From Acidobacteriota bacterium (GTDB lineage: Bacteria > Acidobacteriota > CAIWXX01), in assembly GCA_016191015.1 (NCBI GenBank), contig JACPPM010000301.1:5472-69471 (forward strand): a stretch of DNA of 64,000 nucleotides, in the 5' to 3' direction. Shown one piece after another: positions 1-9,388 of this stretch. Position 1 is the first letter of the stretch. Every line of letters starts with the position of its first letter. The notes under the pieces were generated by a model that was given only the letters and a program-made list of their open reading frames with translations, made no database searches and was not told where the DNA came from. Both the position numbers and the translations under genes were made by a program.

Positions 1-47
1 AAAGCAAAAGTGAGCCGAAACGGCCCTCTCTGAAACAGAGGACCGAG

Positions 48-239
48 GTGCTCGTGCGTGAGATGCTCGAGCGCGGCATCTACCTGGAGGAGGCAAAGAA
101 GGAGTTCGAGAAATCCTTCCTGTCGCTCGCCCTTGGCATGGCCTCGCAGAACCAGTGCAAGGCGGCCAAGATCCTGGGCCTCCACCGGAACACGCTTCGT
201 TCCAAACTTCGCCTCTTCGGGCTCGACCACAAGAAGTAG
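48..239 (+). CDS. Fis-family helix-turn-helix small regulator; the frame is open to the window edge, so the true start may be upstream
   Basis: EFEKSFLSLAL...NQCKAAKILGLHRNTLRSKL is the HTH_8/Fis signature. Confidence 0.85.
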   Translation: MLVREMLERGIYLEEAKKEFEKSFLSLALGMASQNQCKAAKILGLHRNTLRSKLRLFGLDHKK

Positions 240-375
240 CCATTAGTCTTTAGCCCTTAGCCATTAGCTGAGGAACGGGATTCAGGTCATCGGCCGCGGC
301 AGACGGACCACGCCCGAGTGCTATTCGCGCCGGTGGGCCGTTCGGAGCTAGTAGCTAACGGCTAAGGGCTAGCAA
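237..375. repeat. Heptamer-arm inverted element, family A: (CCATTAG-like)x4 at 240-267, about 76-bp core, (CTAANGG-like)x4 at 348-375
   Basis: Left arm ccattag/tctttag/cccttag/ccattag; right arm ctagtag/ctaacgg/ctaaggg/ctagcaa. The arms are approximate reverse complements, and the fis stop TAG is in register with the left arm. Confidence 0.85.
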
Positions 376-477
376 TCTGAATCGCCCCGCTACACTGAGG
401 CATATCTTCAGTGCTCAAGTTTCTCTTGCCAAAACGGTGTCGCTCAAGTAAAAACGGAGTTGGAGACAGTCCGACCG

Positions 478-1950
478 ATGTCCGTGCATATAGTTGAAAT
501 CCCTCACCGCGATCTGTTCGTGCGCCTCTTCGGCCCCAATGCGTATGTTGTCGGAGGCCATGTCCGCGACCTGCTGATGGGAAGGGTCAGCAAGGATTTC
601 GACATCCTGATCGCCGGCTTGCCGCTGGAAGAGATCGCCGAGCGGCTGAGGCTGCACGGGCGCCTCGACCTGGTCGGCAGGAGCTTCGGCGTGGTGAAGT
701 TCACGACCAGCGAAGGTGTCGAGTCGCCGATCACATACGATGTGGCGCTGCCCCGGACTGACTACGTCTCCGACTCGAAGACGCGTGACCACCGAGGTTT
801 CGTGGTCCGGGCCGACCCATCGCTTCCGGTGACTGCCGATCTCGAGCGGCGGGACTTCACGATCAACAGCATGGCCATGAGGATATCGGACGGCGAGCTG
901 ATTGACCCGCTCGGCGGGGCGCAAGACATCCAACGGCGGTTGATCCGCATCACGAACCCGGCCACCTTCACGGATGATCCCCTGCGCGTTGTGCGGCTCG
1001 CCCGTTTCGCATCGACTCTGAGCTTCGCTGTCGACCCGGGCCTTTATGAAATGTGCAAGGAGGTGGATCTGATCGGGCTGAGCGTCGAGCGGATTGCCGA
1101 CGAGATGACGAAGATGATCCTGCGTTCGCCCCGCCCCGGTGTCGGCTTCCAGCAGCTGCTGAAGGTGGGGGCACTGAAACAGCTCTTCCCCGAGCTCTAT
1201 GCAATGGCACTGTGCATCCAGGACGCCGTCTTCCATCCGGAAGCGGATGAATATGGGCATCACACGGTTTTTCATCACACGCTTCTGGTGATGGACCAGG
1301 CGCAGCGGCTTTCGGATCTGTTCGATCTGGACGCGCCGCGCCGGATGGTGATGGGGCTCTCAGCGCTCCTTCACGATGTCGCCAAGCCTCAGACGACGGC
1401 CTGGGAGTACAAGCACGGCAGGCTCTGCCTCACCTCGGCCAAGCATGACGTCCTGGGGGCGCAGATGGCCGAGCAGTTTTTAAAGCGGTTCAGAGTCTTC
1501 TCATATGAAGGGATCGATGTGCAGCAACTGGTGTGCTCAATCGTGAGAGCGCACTTGCGACCCCTTGAGTTATGGGCAAATCGGGACTCGGTCACAAAGA
1601 AGGCCTTCGCACGGCTCGCTACCGACGTGGATGGCGAGACCGATTTGCTGGTGCTCTTCGACCAGGCGGATCGGGCCGGGCGGCGTGAGGAGCTCATAGA
1701 AAAGCTCGACGACATCGCCGCGTGGCTCATGGCGACTTTTCGCGAATACAAGATCAGCCGCGAGACGCTGCGGCCGGTCGTCCATGGACGCGATCTGCTC
1801 GAGATCGGCTTCCTCCCGGGTCCCGAGATGGGACGGGTCCTGAAAGAGCTGCACGGCATGCAGATCGACGGAGTGTTCGAGACGCGTGAACAGGGCGTGG
1901 AATTGGCCCGAGGGGTCTCCTTGAGGCTTTTCGGCAGGGAAGTGTGTTGA
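478..1950 (+). CDS. cca: CCA-adding tRNA nucleotidyltransferase (class II) with HD phosphohydrolase domain
   Basis: VGGHVRDLL..KDFD, flexible loop present, RRDFTINSMA, DDPLR, ERIADE; HD motif LLHDVAK. Confidence 0.88.
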   Translation: MSVHIVEIPHRDLFVRLFGPNAYVVGGHVRDLLMGRVSKDFDILIAGLPLEEIAERLRLHGRLDLVGRSFGVVKFTTSEGVESPITYDVALPRTDYVSDSKTRDHRGFVVRADPSLPVTADLERRDFTINSMAMRISDGELIDPLGGAQDIQRRLIRITNPATFTDDPLRVVRLARFASTLSFAVDPGLYEMCKEVDLIGLSVERIADEMTKMILRSPRPGVGFQQLLKVGALKQLFPELYAMALCIQDAVFHPEADEYGHHTVFHHTLLVMDQAQRLSDLFDLDAPRRMVMGLSALLHDVAKPQTTAWEYKHGRLCLTSAKHDVLGAQMAEQFLKRFRVFSYEGIDVQQLVCSIVRAHLRPLELWANRDSVTKKAFARLATDVDGETDLLVLFDQADRAGRREELIEKLDDIAAWLMATFREYKISRETLRPVVHGRDLLEIGFLPGPEMGRVLKELHGMQIDGVFETREQGVELARGVSLRLFGREVC

Positions 1951-2651
1951 ACGAGACGCTCTCGGCCGGCTCGGTGGGGGACGCTCTCCTTGCCCGTCGG
2001 TTCATGATCCTCTGCGGAGTGCTCCTCGCCGCCTCCTTCTACTATCTGCTCCGGTCGATCGTGCTCGCGGTCCGATCAGCGTATCGTCGGCTCAGCCGGC
2101 AGCCCGGATGGGCGGTCGAACGAGTCGGGGCGCATTTTGCGATGATCGCGGCATGGGCATTCGTGCTTGCCATCGCTGGTATCCTCCTGGCATTCGCCGT
2201 GAATCTCGGCTCGTCGTACCAGCCGATCCAGGGGGCACGAGCGGCCGGGAGCGTCGTATTTTCGAAGGGGAGCGTGGTTTTCAGTCCGGGTCCCGGCTAT
2301 CCGGGCAGACCTGCGAAAATACCTCTTGCGAAAAGGCAGTATGCCGTCGAAGGCAATATTCTACTGTTCCACCGCGTTTTGGAGATTGCGGGCCTGCCCT
2401 CTTCACACCGCATCGTCGCGATCGTGGGCCGGGATGGTCCGGCGATACCTGACCGAGCCTCCCGCCAGGGCGCCGTCGGGAATCACGACCCGTTCTTCGG
2501 GGCCATTCAGAAGATCGACCCGTACATTCCGTTCATCCAGGCCCGGGTCGTGAGATCTCCCTTCATGAATCGATCAGACGGGAAGCTCACCCTCTACGCT
2601 TTCGAAGGCGGCTACTCTTTCCTATCACCGGGAAAACCGGAGGATCTGTAG
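1944..2651 (+). CDS. Hypothetical membrane protein with two N-terminal hydrophobic helices
   Basis: Long ORF overlapping the cca stop and abutting the sigma gene; two TM-like segments. Confidence 0.7.
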   Translation: MLNETLSAGSVGDALLARRFMILCGVLLAASFYYLLRSIVLAVRSAYRRLSRQPGWAVERVGAHFAMIAAWAFVLAIAGILLAFAVNLGSSYQPIQGARAAGSVVFSKGSVVFSPGPGYPGRPAKIPLAKRQYAVEGNILLFHRVLEIAGLPSSHRIVAIVGRDGPAIPDRASRQGAVGNHDPFFGAIQKIDPYIPFIQARVVRSPFMNRSDGKLTLYAFEGGYSFLSPGKPEDL

Positions 2652-2652
2652 G

Positions 2653-3186
2653 GTGTTGGAGCCGGCCAGAGAGGAGCTGTTCGAAAAGGTCTTCAGGGAG
2701 CAGGCGACAAAAATCTTCAGGTGGGTGTACAAGAGATGCGGGAGCCGCGAGGTAAGCCAGGACGTGACATCGGAATGCTTCATCCGGACCTTCGAGCGGT
2801 ACTCGGGGAGCGAGACCGACATTACCCGGATTCTGTTCCGGGTTGCGGATAACCTACTGAAGGATCACTTCCGCGAACGATTGCGAAAGGACCGCTTGGC
2901 GGATCGGCTGCGCACAGAGAGGGACGAACAGATCAATCCGAGCCCCGAGACAGATGCGGTCGAGGCCGAGGACGAGTGTGAGACGGTGAGCGCGGCCGGC
3001 AGGATCAGGAGTATTCTCGAGGGCTCCGAGCGTCTGAACGAAAACCACAAGCGCTATCTGTTCATGCGCCTCTTTCAGAACAAGATGCCCAAGGAGATTG
3101 CCAGCGAACTGTCCACGGATTACGTACAAGTGAAGAACTATCTCCAGTACGGCCTCAAGATACTCAAAGAGGAGCTGAAACGGTGA
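2653..3186 (+). CDS. ECF-type sigma-70 factor
   Basis: Region 2-like SQDVTSECFIR...LFRVADNLLKDHFR; region 4-like PKEIASEL...VKNYLQYGLKILKEEL. Confidence 0.82.
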   Translation: MLEPAREELFEKVFREQATKIFRWVYKRCGSREVSQDVTSECFIRTFERYSGSETDITRILFRVADNLLKDHFRERLRKDRLADRLRTERDEQINPSPETDAVEAEDECETVSAAGRIRSILEGSERLNENHKRYLFMRLFQNKMPKEIASELSTDYVQVKNYLQYGLKILKEELKR

Positions 3187-3345
3187 TCGGCGTGGGTCAG
3201 ACTGGGAGCGGCGCGACCTTCTACTTCCAAAACTTTTTTCATGCTCCCCGGGACCGATGGCGTTATAGTATTGGATGGAAGTGATGTGCAAGAGGTTGAG
3301 CGAAGAGGTGAGTGGGAGCTAAGTGGTTGAAATAGCGGAGGCAAT

Positions 3346-4080
3346 ATGGCAGATCGACTGAGCGAAATGGAATGCGAGATCATCAAACAGTACAGCGCTG
3401 ACTTCTCGGAGGGTACTGTCGATCGACGCCTCGGCTGCGCCGGAGAGGTTGAGCTCCGTGCATACCAATTCGGTTACATGCCGCTTGTTGAAAGAATTCG
3501 TACGTATTTCCACGTGCGCGGATGCGTCCACTGTTATGCCCGGACAACCGCTCTCGAAGCCGATGACTCTTGTCCGGACGTTCCGATGAGCCTGATCCGA
3601 GCGCGAGCACTTACGAAGCTCTCGGAAGGTACTGTGACGACGAGGTCGTGGTGGAAGGCACCCTCCTTCGCGGGCGCGGCGGCGACACTGGCGATCGTGG
3701 CGCTTTCGGCCGGCATCTTCATGCGCGGGACAGCCGAGCATTCGCCGGTCTACCGCGGGACTGAGTACCTCATCACAGCCCAGGTCGATCGTGCACCGGG
3801 GAAGGCAGTGGTCATCCGGTGGAAGAGCATTGCGAACGCCGCCTACTACAATCTGGATATTTACCGAGCGGACCTCGAGGGCGTGGTTTTCAAGACACGG
3901 CTGACTACGACGAAATACGGGCTGAGCGATGAAGAGATGGGCCAGCTGGAAACGGGAAAGTCATACTACTGCCGGATCGAGGCGATGAACGACCTGAACG
4001 AACGGCTCGCCGCGTCGCGCAGCATGTCGTTCTCGGTCGGACCCGGGACCTCGGGCATCCTTGCGACATCGGCCGAATAA
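3346..4080 (+). CDS. Putative zinc-binding anti-sigma factor (HxxxCxxC, TM helix, extracytoplasmic FN3-like beta domain)
   Basis: FHVRGCVHC, TM AGAAATLAIVALSAGIF, then W...YNL...YYCRIEA (FN3-like). GGAGG RBS; lies downstream of the ECF sigma. Confidence 0.65.
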   Translation: MADRLSEMECEIIKQYSADFSEGTVDRRLGCAGEVELRAYQFGYMPLVERIRTYFHVRGCVHCYARTTALEADDSCPDVPMSLIRARALTKLSEGTVTTRSWWKAPSFAGAAATLAIVALSAGIFMRGTAEHSPVYRGTEYLITAQVDRAPGKAVVIRWKSIANAAYYNLDIYRADLEGVVFKTRLTTTKYGLSDEEMGQLETGKSYYCRIEAMNDLNERLAASRSMSFSVGPGTSGILATSAE

Positions 4081-4387
4081 GTTGACCGTCGCGCGTGAGG
4101 GCGGTAGGCGCCGACCCAGGCAGCTGTGTCGATCCGTCTGGTCCTGCTTTCCTGAAAGGCGCCCGTAGGGCTCTAGGCTCGTCGCAGGATTGCGCCTGCG
4201 ACGAGAGGCCGCGTTGTGGCGCCGGGAGACCGGAAGGGAAAACTGCAGATTGCGCGGATTCCGCAGAGTTCCCGGAGCACGCATCTCGCTTCCGTTTGCG
4301 CTCAGCGGTCGGATCTCTGTAACGCCTCAGTGGAGTGGGGCGACTGTCCATCCTTGAACCAGACGTGGGCAAGTCCCCTTCCGGTCC

Positions 4388-4460
4388 AACGCAAAGACGC
4401 AAAGCCACCAAGATCGGTCCAGAGCTTCTTTGCGGCTTTGCGCCTTTGCGTTTGAAAGGG
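4388..4460. repeat. Octamer-arm inverted element: (ACGCAAAG)n ... (CTTTGCGN)x3
   Basis: acgcaaag acgcaaag ccaccaag (4389-4412) and ctttgcgg ctttgcgc ctttgcgt (4428-4451). Confidence 0.8.
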
Positions 4461-4651
4461 TCTCGATACAATGCCGCTATCCCGACCTCGTCACAACCCA
4501 TGCGATCACCCCCACACCACTGAGGCACTACGGATCACTGAAATCTGCGGTTGTCCGGCTTCGGTCTCCTGATATAAGATCCCCTGCGGACTGATGGCAT
4601 TCCCGGTGATCTGCAAGCACTCTGAAAGGAGCATCCGAGGTGGGTAGGACG

Positions 4652-5689
4652 ATGAAGGCAATCGTCAAGGAGACGGCGGGCCCAGGGCTGCGGTTGGTCG
4701 ACCGACCCGTGCCCGACTACGGGCCCGGGGAGGTACTGATCAAGGTTGATTCCGCATCGATCTGCGGCACGGACGTCCACATCTACGACTGGGACCGGTG
4801 GAGCTCAGAGAGGCTGCACCCACCTCTGATCGTCGGACATGAATTCTGTGGAACGATCGATTCATCTGGGCTCGGTGTGAAAGGATTGGCGGCCGGGGAC
4901 CGGGTCACCGCCGAGATGCACATCAGTTGCGGGGTTTGCTATCAATGCAAGACCGGGCAGGCCCACATCTGCAAAGACGTCGTGATCAAAGGTGTCGACG
5001 GAGACGGCTGCTTTGCAGAGTACGTGGTGATGCCGTTCGCGAATGTCTGGAAGCTCCATGCGTCGATCCCCGATGAGATCGGTTCGATCCACGATCCCCT
5101 GGGGAATGCGGTGCACACCGTCTTTTCGGCGGAAGTCACGGGATGCTCAGTCGGTGTCCTCGGCTGTGGCCCGATCGGTTGCGCCGCCGTCGCGATTGCC
5201 CGGGCGTGCGGCGCAACTCAGGTGCTCGCCGTGGACATCAACCCGTATCGCCTCGACATCGCTCGTCGGATGGGTGCGGACCGGCTGATAGACTCCCGGG
5301 AGGCATCAGCCCTGCAGTCGGCCGTGGCTGAGACGACGGGTGGAAAAGGGCTGGATGTCATACTAGAGATGTCCGGGAACCCGGACGCCATCCGTGCGGG
5401 GCTCGCGTCTCTGCGCGGGGGCGGCCGCATCGCGCTGCTTGGGCTCCCAAGCAAGCCCGTGGAGATCAACCTTTCGAAGGATGTCATTTTTAAGGGCGCG
5501 ACCGTGCTCGGCATCAATGGCCGCAAGATGTTCGAGACGTGGTACCGGATGGAGGCGCTCATCGCGAGCAAGCGCGTCGATTTCTCGCCCCTGGTCACGC
5601 ACCGGCTTCCGATGAGCGGGTTTGAGCGCGGGATGGAGCTGATGAAATCCGGGAACAGCGGCAAAGTCATCCTCGATCCGCGGAGCTGA
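4652..5689 (+). CDS. tdh: L-threonine 3-dehydrogenase
   Basis: ICGTDVHIYDWDRW, GHEF, AEMHISCGVCYQC, DPLGNAVHT, GINGRKMFETW, GNSGKVIL. Confidence 0.95.
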   Translation: MKAIVKETAGPGLRLVDRPVPDYGPGEVLIKVDSASICGTDVHIYDWDRWSSERLHPPLIVGHEFCGTIDSSGLGVKGLAAGDRVTAEMHISCGVCYQCKTGQAHICKDVVIKGVDGDGCFAEYVVMPFANVWKLHASIPDEIGSIHDPLGNAVHTVFSAEVTGCSVGVLGCGPIGCAAVAIARACGATQVLAVDINPYRLDIARRMGADRLIDSREASALQSAVAETTGGKGLDVILEMSGNPDAIRAGLASLRGGGRIALLGLPSKPVEINLSKDVIFKGATVLGINGRKMFETWYRMEALIASKRVDFSPLVTHRLPMSGFERGMELMKSGNSGKVILDPRS

Positions 5690-5724
5690 AGTCGGCGCCG
5701 GGGATTGTGGTTTTCGGAGGAGAA

Positions 5725-5895
5725 ATGGCGATCGATGCAGAGCTGCTCGAGATTCTGGCGTGCCCCGTGTGCAAGACCGGTCTGGAATTGAAACCCGACC
5801 AGTCCGGCCTGAAATGCAATCAATGCAAGCGGGTCTACCCGATCAAGGACGACATACCGGTCATGCTGGTCGACGAAGCTACGATCGAGGAGTAG
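5725..5895 (+). CDS. Trm112/YcaR-family protein
   Basis: LLEILACPVCK...LKC..CKRVYPIKDDIPVMLVDEA; GGAGG RBS. Confidence 0.92.
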   Translation: MAIDAELLEILACPVCKTGLELKPDQSGLKCNQCKRVYPIKDDIPVMLVDEATIEE

Positions 5896-5931
5896 CGCGC
5901 AGGAACAAGGGTCCCGCCCCCCGGCGATCAG

Positions 5932-7047
5932 ATGACGCGTGCCTTCTCGGACCCGTCGGCGAGAATCCTCGCACTTCGATTTCGGCTTCTCGGCGACATC
6001 ATTCTGACGACTCCGGCGCTTCGACTCCTGCGTGATCGGTTTCCGAATGCGACGATCGATTACGTGGCGGAGCCGGAATTTGATGAGGTTCTCCGCGGGT
6101 TGCCGTCGATCGACGAGGTCGTGCGCTACGATCGAGCGCGCATCAAGAATTCGGTGATGGGTGCCGCCGGCATCGCGTTTGCTCGCTCACTCCGCGGACG
6201 TTCCTATGATGTGGCGATCGACCTGCACGGCGGACCGCGCAGCGCGCTCCAGACCCTCGCCAGCGGCGCCCCGTTGAGGATCGGGTACTCGGGCCCTCAC
6301 GGGGTATTTTGCTACAACAGTAGAATTCCAAGACGACCTCCCGGGGGTCGCATCCACAGCGTTCTCCAGCAGCTACGGCTCCTCGCCCCGCTCGGCATCC
6401 ATCCCGGCCAGCGGATTCCGTGCGTGGAGATGGCCGAGCCTGGCGGGGAGGCGCACGAGAGGGCGGAGAGACTGGTCGCGCGGGCCAGGGAGTCCGGCTG
6501 CGAAGGTATCGCGGCGATCCACGTTCCGTCGGCCAATCCATTTCGCAACTGGGGCGTGGAGAGGATCGCCGGTGTCGCTCGCGGGGTCGCCGCGCTCGGC
6601 CTGCGGCCTGTTTTCGTCGGAGGGGCGGATGGGGAGAGCGTGTATCGGCAGATGGTGAGCAGGATTGGGGTGCAGGCTGTGTCGCTCCTGGCCCAGACGA
6701 CGCCGCTCGAGCTTCGAGCCGTGGTTGCGAGGAGCCGAGTCTTCATCGGCGTGGACAGCGGGCCGATGCATGTGGCCGCCACGACGCCGACGCCGATCGT
6801 TGCCGTGTTCGGTCCGAATGTGCCGGAGACGAGTGGACCGTGGACCGACAGGGCGACGATCGTGCAGGAAGCGGTCGACTGTCGTCCCTGCGACCAGAGT
6901 CGCTGTGTCTACGGTGACTATCGGTGCTTCGGCAGATTGGACTCGGACCGGATTGTGGGAGCGGTCGAGCGCTGGGTAAAGGCTGACTTGTCGCCGCGCC
7001 CGCGGGATCTCCCGGCCAGCCTGTACGGGAACGCGGTCTCGGGATAG
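5932..7047 (+). CDS. Glycosyltransferase family 9 (LPS heptosyltransferase-like)
   Basis: LGDIILTTP, YDVAIDLHG, FIGVDSGPMHVA, VFGP, CRPC...C. Confidence 0.92.
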   Translation: MTRAFSDPSARILALRFRLLGDIILTTPALRLLRDRFPNATIDYVAEPEFDEVLRGLPSIDEVVRYDRARIKNSVMGAAGIAFARSLRGRSYDVAIDLHGGPRSALQTLASGAPLRIGYSGPHGVFCYNSRIPRRPPGGRIHSVLQQLRLLAPLGIHPGQRIPCVEMAEPGGEAHERAERLVARARESGCEGIAAIHVPSANPFRNWGVERIAGVARGVAALGLRPVFVGGADGESVYRQMVSRIGVQAVSLLAQTTPLELRAVVARSRVFIGVDSGPMHVAATTPTPIVAVFGPNVPETSGPWTDRATIVQEAVDCRPCDQSRCVYGDYRCFGRLDSDRIVGAVERWVKADLSPRPRDLPASLYGNAVSG

Positions 7048-7082
7048 AATGCTCGGGATGTTGTGGATGACTGGTTCTTGGC

Positions 7083-8237
7083 ATGAGCTGGCGTGATCAT
7101 CCGATCCTGCTGAAGGGGCTTCCGGCCTGCTTCATCCTTCTCTTTGTTCTCTCCCTCCCCGTGTCGATCGCGGCAGCGGAGATCTGCCTCGCGGTTCTCT
7201 TCGCTCTTCTCGTCGTGACCTTCCGCGGCCGACGTCTCTCGGATGCCGGGACGATCACGGTTCCGCTCATCCTGTACTCAGGCTTCTCGATGATATCGGC
7301 CGTATTTTCGCTCAACCTCGAACACAGCCTGCCGGACATCAGGAGCCTGCTGCTGTTCGCGACCCCGTTCATCATCGCCTATTTCAAGGCGTCGATCCCG
7401 CGCCTGCGCGATCAGGTGATGGTGCTCTACGTCGGTGCCGGTGCCAGTTCGGCTTACGGTCTCTACCAGTACTGGACGAGCGATGGAGAGCGTGCGACCG
7501 GGTTCATGAGTCACTACATGACATTCGCTGAGCAGATGATGATGGTCGGCGGGGTCGCCTTCGCCGCCGTTTTGTACGAGAAGGGGAAATGGCGCTGGGT
7601 CTCAGGGTTCGTTCTGGTCCTGCTCGTGGCCGGCTGCGCCGCGTCTCTGACGCGATCCGCCTGGATCGCAATCGTCGCCGGTGTCGTCGCACTCGTCGCG
7701 GTCAAGAAACCGCTGTTGACCCTGGCGATCCCACCCGCGGCGGCTCTGATCCTGCTGGTGGCGCCTCCCGAGGTACGGCAGCGTGCGTCTACGATTTTCG
7801 ATCCGACCATGACGACCAACCGCGATCGGATTCTCATGGTCAAGAGTGGTCTGGCGATGGTGCGAGACCACCCGTTGTTGGGCGTGGGGCCTGACGTCGT
7901 CGGGCTCGCCTATCCAGAGTACAAGGCCCCGGAGGCAACACCCGGGGCGGTCCACCTGCACAACAACATCATCCAGATCGCGGCCGAGCGCGGTCTGCCC
8001 GCGCTGGCCGCCTGGTTGTACCTCATGGCCGCGGCAGGAATCGCCAGCTACCGGCTCATCCGCAGCAGGCCTGCCGCAGCGCCCTACGCCGCGTCCGCCC
8101 TCTTCGCCGTCGTCGGGATGTTTGTGTCGGGTCTGTTCGAGTTCAATTTCGAGGATTCGGAAATCAAGCTGCTCTTCCTCTTTCTCCTCACCCTCATGTT
8201 TCTCGCGCGCGAGGGCCATGGAACTGAAGCGCGCTAG
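7083..8237 (+). CDS. O-antigen ligase (WaaL-like) family membrane protein
   Basis: Multiple TM helices, SLTRSAW, HPLLGVG, HLHNNIIQIAAERG. Confidence 0.9.
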   Translation: MSWRDHPILLKGLPACFILLFVLSLPVSIAAAEICLAVLFALLVVTFRGRRLSDAGTITVPLILYSGFSMISAVFSLNLEHSLPDIRSLLLFATPFIIAYFKASIPRLRDQVMVLYVGAGASSAYGLYQYWTSDGERATGFMSHYMTFAEQMMMVGGVAFAAVLYEKGKWRWVSGFVLVLLVAGCAASLTRSAWIAIVAGVVALVAVKKPLLTLAIPPAAALILLVAPPEVRQRASTIFDPTMTTNRDRILMVKSGLAMVRDHPLLGVGPDVVGLAYPEYKAPEATPGAVHLHNNIIQIAAERGLPALAAWLYLMAAAGIASYRLIRSRPAAAPYAASALFAVVGMFVSGLFEFNFEDSEIKLLFLFLLTLMFLAREGHGTEAR

Positions 8238-9189
8238 GCGGATCGTCTCGGCATTCAGAGGGGCGAGAATCTGCGTCCTCGGTGACGTGATGCTCGACCT
8301 CTTCGTGCGCGGCACGGTGAGCAGGATTTCGCCTGAGGCGCCTGTCCCGGTCGTCGAAATCGTCTCGGAGGATTTCTGTCTTGGCGGCGCCGGCAATGTC
8401 GCTCACAACATCGCCTCCCTGGGCGGCGACCCGTTCCTGGTCTCCGTGACCGGGAGCGATCACAATGGAGAACGACTCCGCGCGGTGATGGGCCAGTGCG
8501 GGCTGCGTACCGATGGTATCTTGAGCGATCCCAGGCGCCCGACTGTCGTCAAAAGCCGCATCATCGCTCACAACCAGCAGATGATCCGCGTGGACCGCGA
8601 ATGTCAGTCGCCGGTCGCCGCGGGTGTCGTACGCCGACTGGTCGCGATCCTTGAAGAGAACATCAGAGGCTCACGAGCGGTGCTGGTGTCCGACTACGCC
8701 AAGGGGACCGTCACACGCGCCACCATTGCGCCGGCTCGCCGCGCCGGCGGAATCCCGGTCCTCGTGGACCCCAAAGTTGCAAGCGCCAACCTCTACAAGG
8801 GCGCGACGATCGTGACCCCGAACCTCAAGGAGGCGGAGAGGATGGGTTTGGGGGAGATCGTGGATGACGCCAGCCTGAAGAGGGTGGCCCGGCGAATCAT
8901 GAGCCGATTGCAGTGCCCGCACTTGCTGATCACGAGAGGCGAGGACGGTATGACGCTCTGCGATCGCGCGTCCGGGGAAGTCACCCACATTCCCGCCCAA
9001 GCGCGCGAGGTCTATGACGTGACGGGTGCCGGTGACACCGTGATAGCGACACTTGCCCTGGCCCGCGCGGCGGGAGCCACCTGGCTGGAGGGCGCAACGC
9101 TCGCAAACCATGCTGCCGGTATCGTAGTCGGCAGGCTTGGCACCGCGACGGTCACATCGGAGGAGCTGCTGGCGAGTGTCGGCGCGTGA
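8218..9189 (+). CDS. hldA: D-glycero-beta-D-manno-heptose-7-phosphate kinase (RfaE domain I)
   Basis: LGDVMLD, RISPEAPVPVV, GGAGNVA, SDYAKG, DVTGAGDTV. Confidence 0.93.
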   Translation: MELKRARRIVSAFRGARICVLGDVMLDLFVRGTVSRISPEAPVPVVEIVSEDFCLGGAGNVAHNIASLGGDPFLVSVTGSDHNGERLRAVMGQCGLRTDGILSDPRRPTVVKSRIIAHNQQMIRVDRECQSPVAAGVVRRLVAILEENIRGSRAVLVSDYAKGTVTRATIAPARRAGGIPVLVDPKVASANLYKGATIVTPNLKEAERMGLGEIVDDASLKRVARRIMSRLQCPHLLITRGEDGMTLCDRASGEVTHIPAQAREVYDVTGAGDTVIATLALARAAGATWLEGATLANHAAGIVVGRLGTATVTSEELLASVGA

Positions 9190-9205
9190 CACGGGGCCGT
9201 GCAGA

Positions 9206-9239
9206 GCGTGGAGGCGGAGCCCTGAGCGAAGCGAAGGGG
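9206..9239 (+). repeat. Dispersed 34-bp REP-like repeat, copy 1 (copy 2 at 37290-37323)
   Basis: gcgtggaggcggagccctgagcgaagcgaagggg vs gcgtggagccgaagccctgcgcggagcgaagggg; 30/34 identical by hand count. Confidence 0.75.
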
Positions 9240-9288
9240 TGAGAGCGTTCTTCCGAGCCACTCTGGTAGGTTCGAGGCGACTGCTCCG

Positions 9289-9320
9289 TTCCTGCATTCC
9301 TCTCCTCCTGCTTTCCTTAG
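9289..9320 (-). repeat. Octamer-type dispersed repeat (TTCCTGC family); inverted copy at 31896-31927
   Basis: ttcctgcattcctctcctcctgctttccttag matches the reverse complement of 31896-31927 at 28/32. Confidence 0.75.
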
Positions 9321-9388
9321 AGGGATCGGGAGGATTCAGCATTGTCAAGAATCTTGCGATTTCGTGTCAACACGCAACCTGTAAGACA

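Noticed and set aside
4535..4650. Possible glycine or other riboswitch upstream of tdh
   Set aside because: I could not find the conserved aptamer motifs by eye; an Rfam/Infernal search would be needed.
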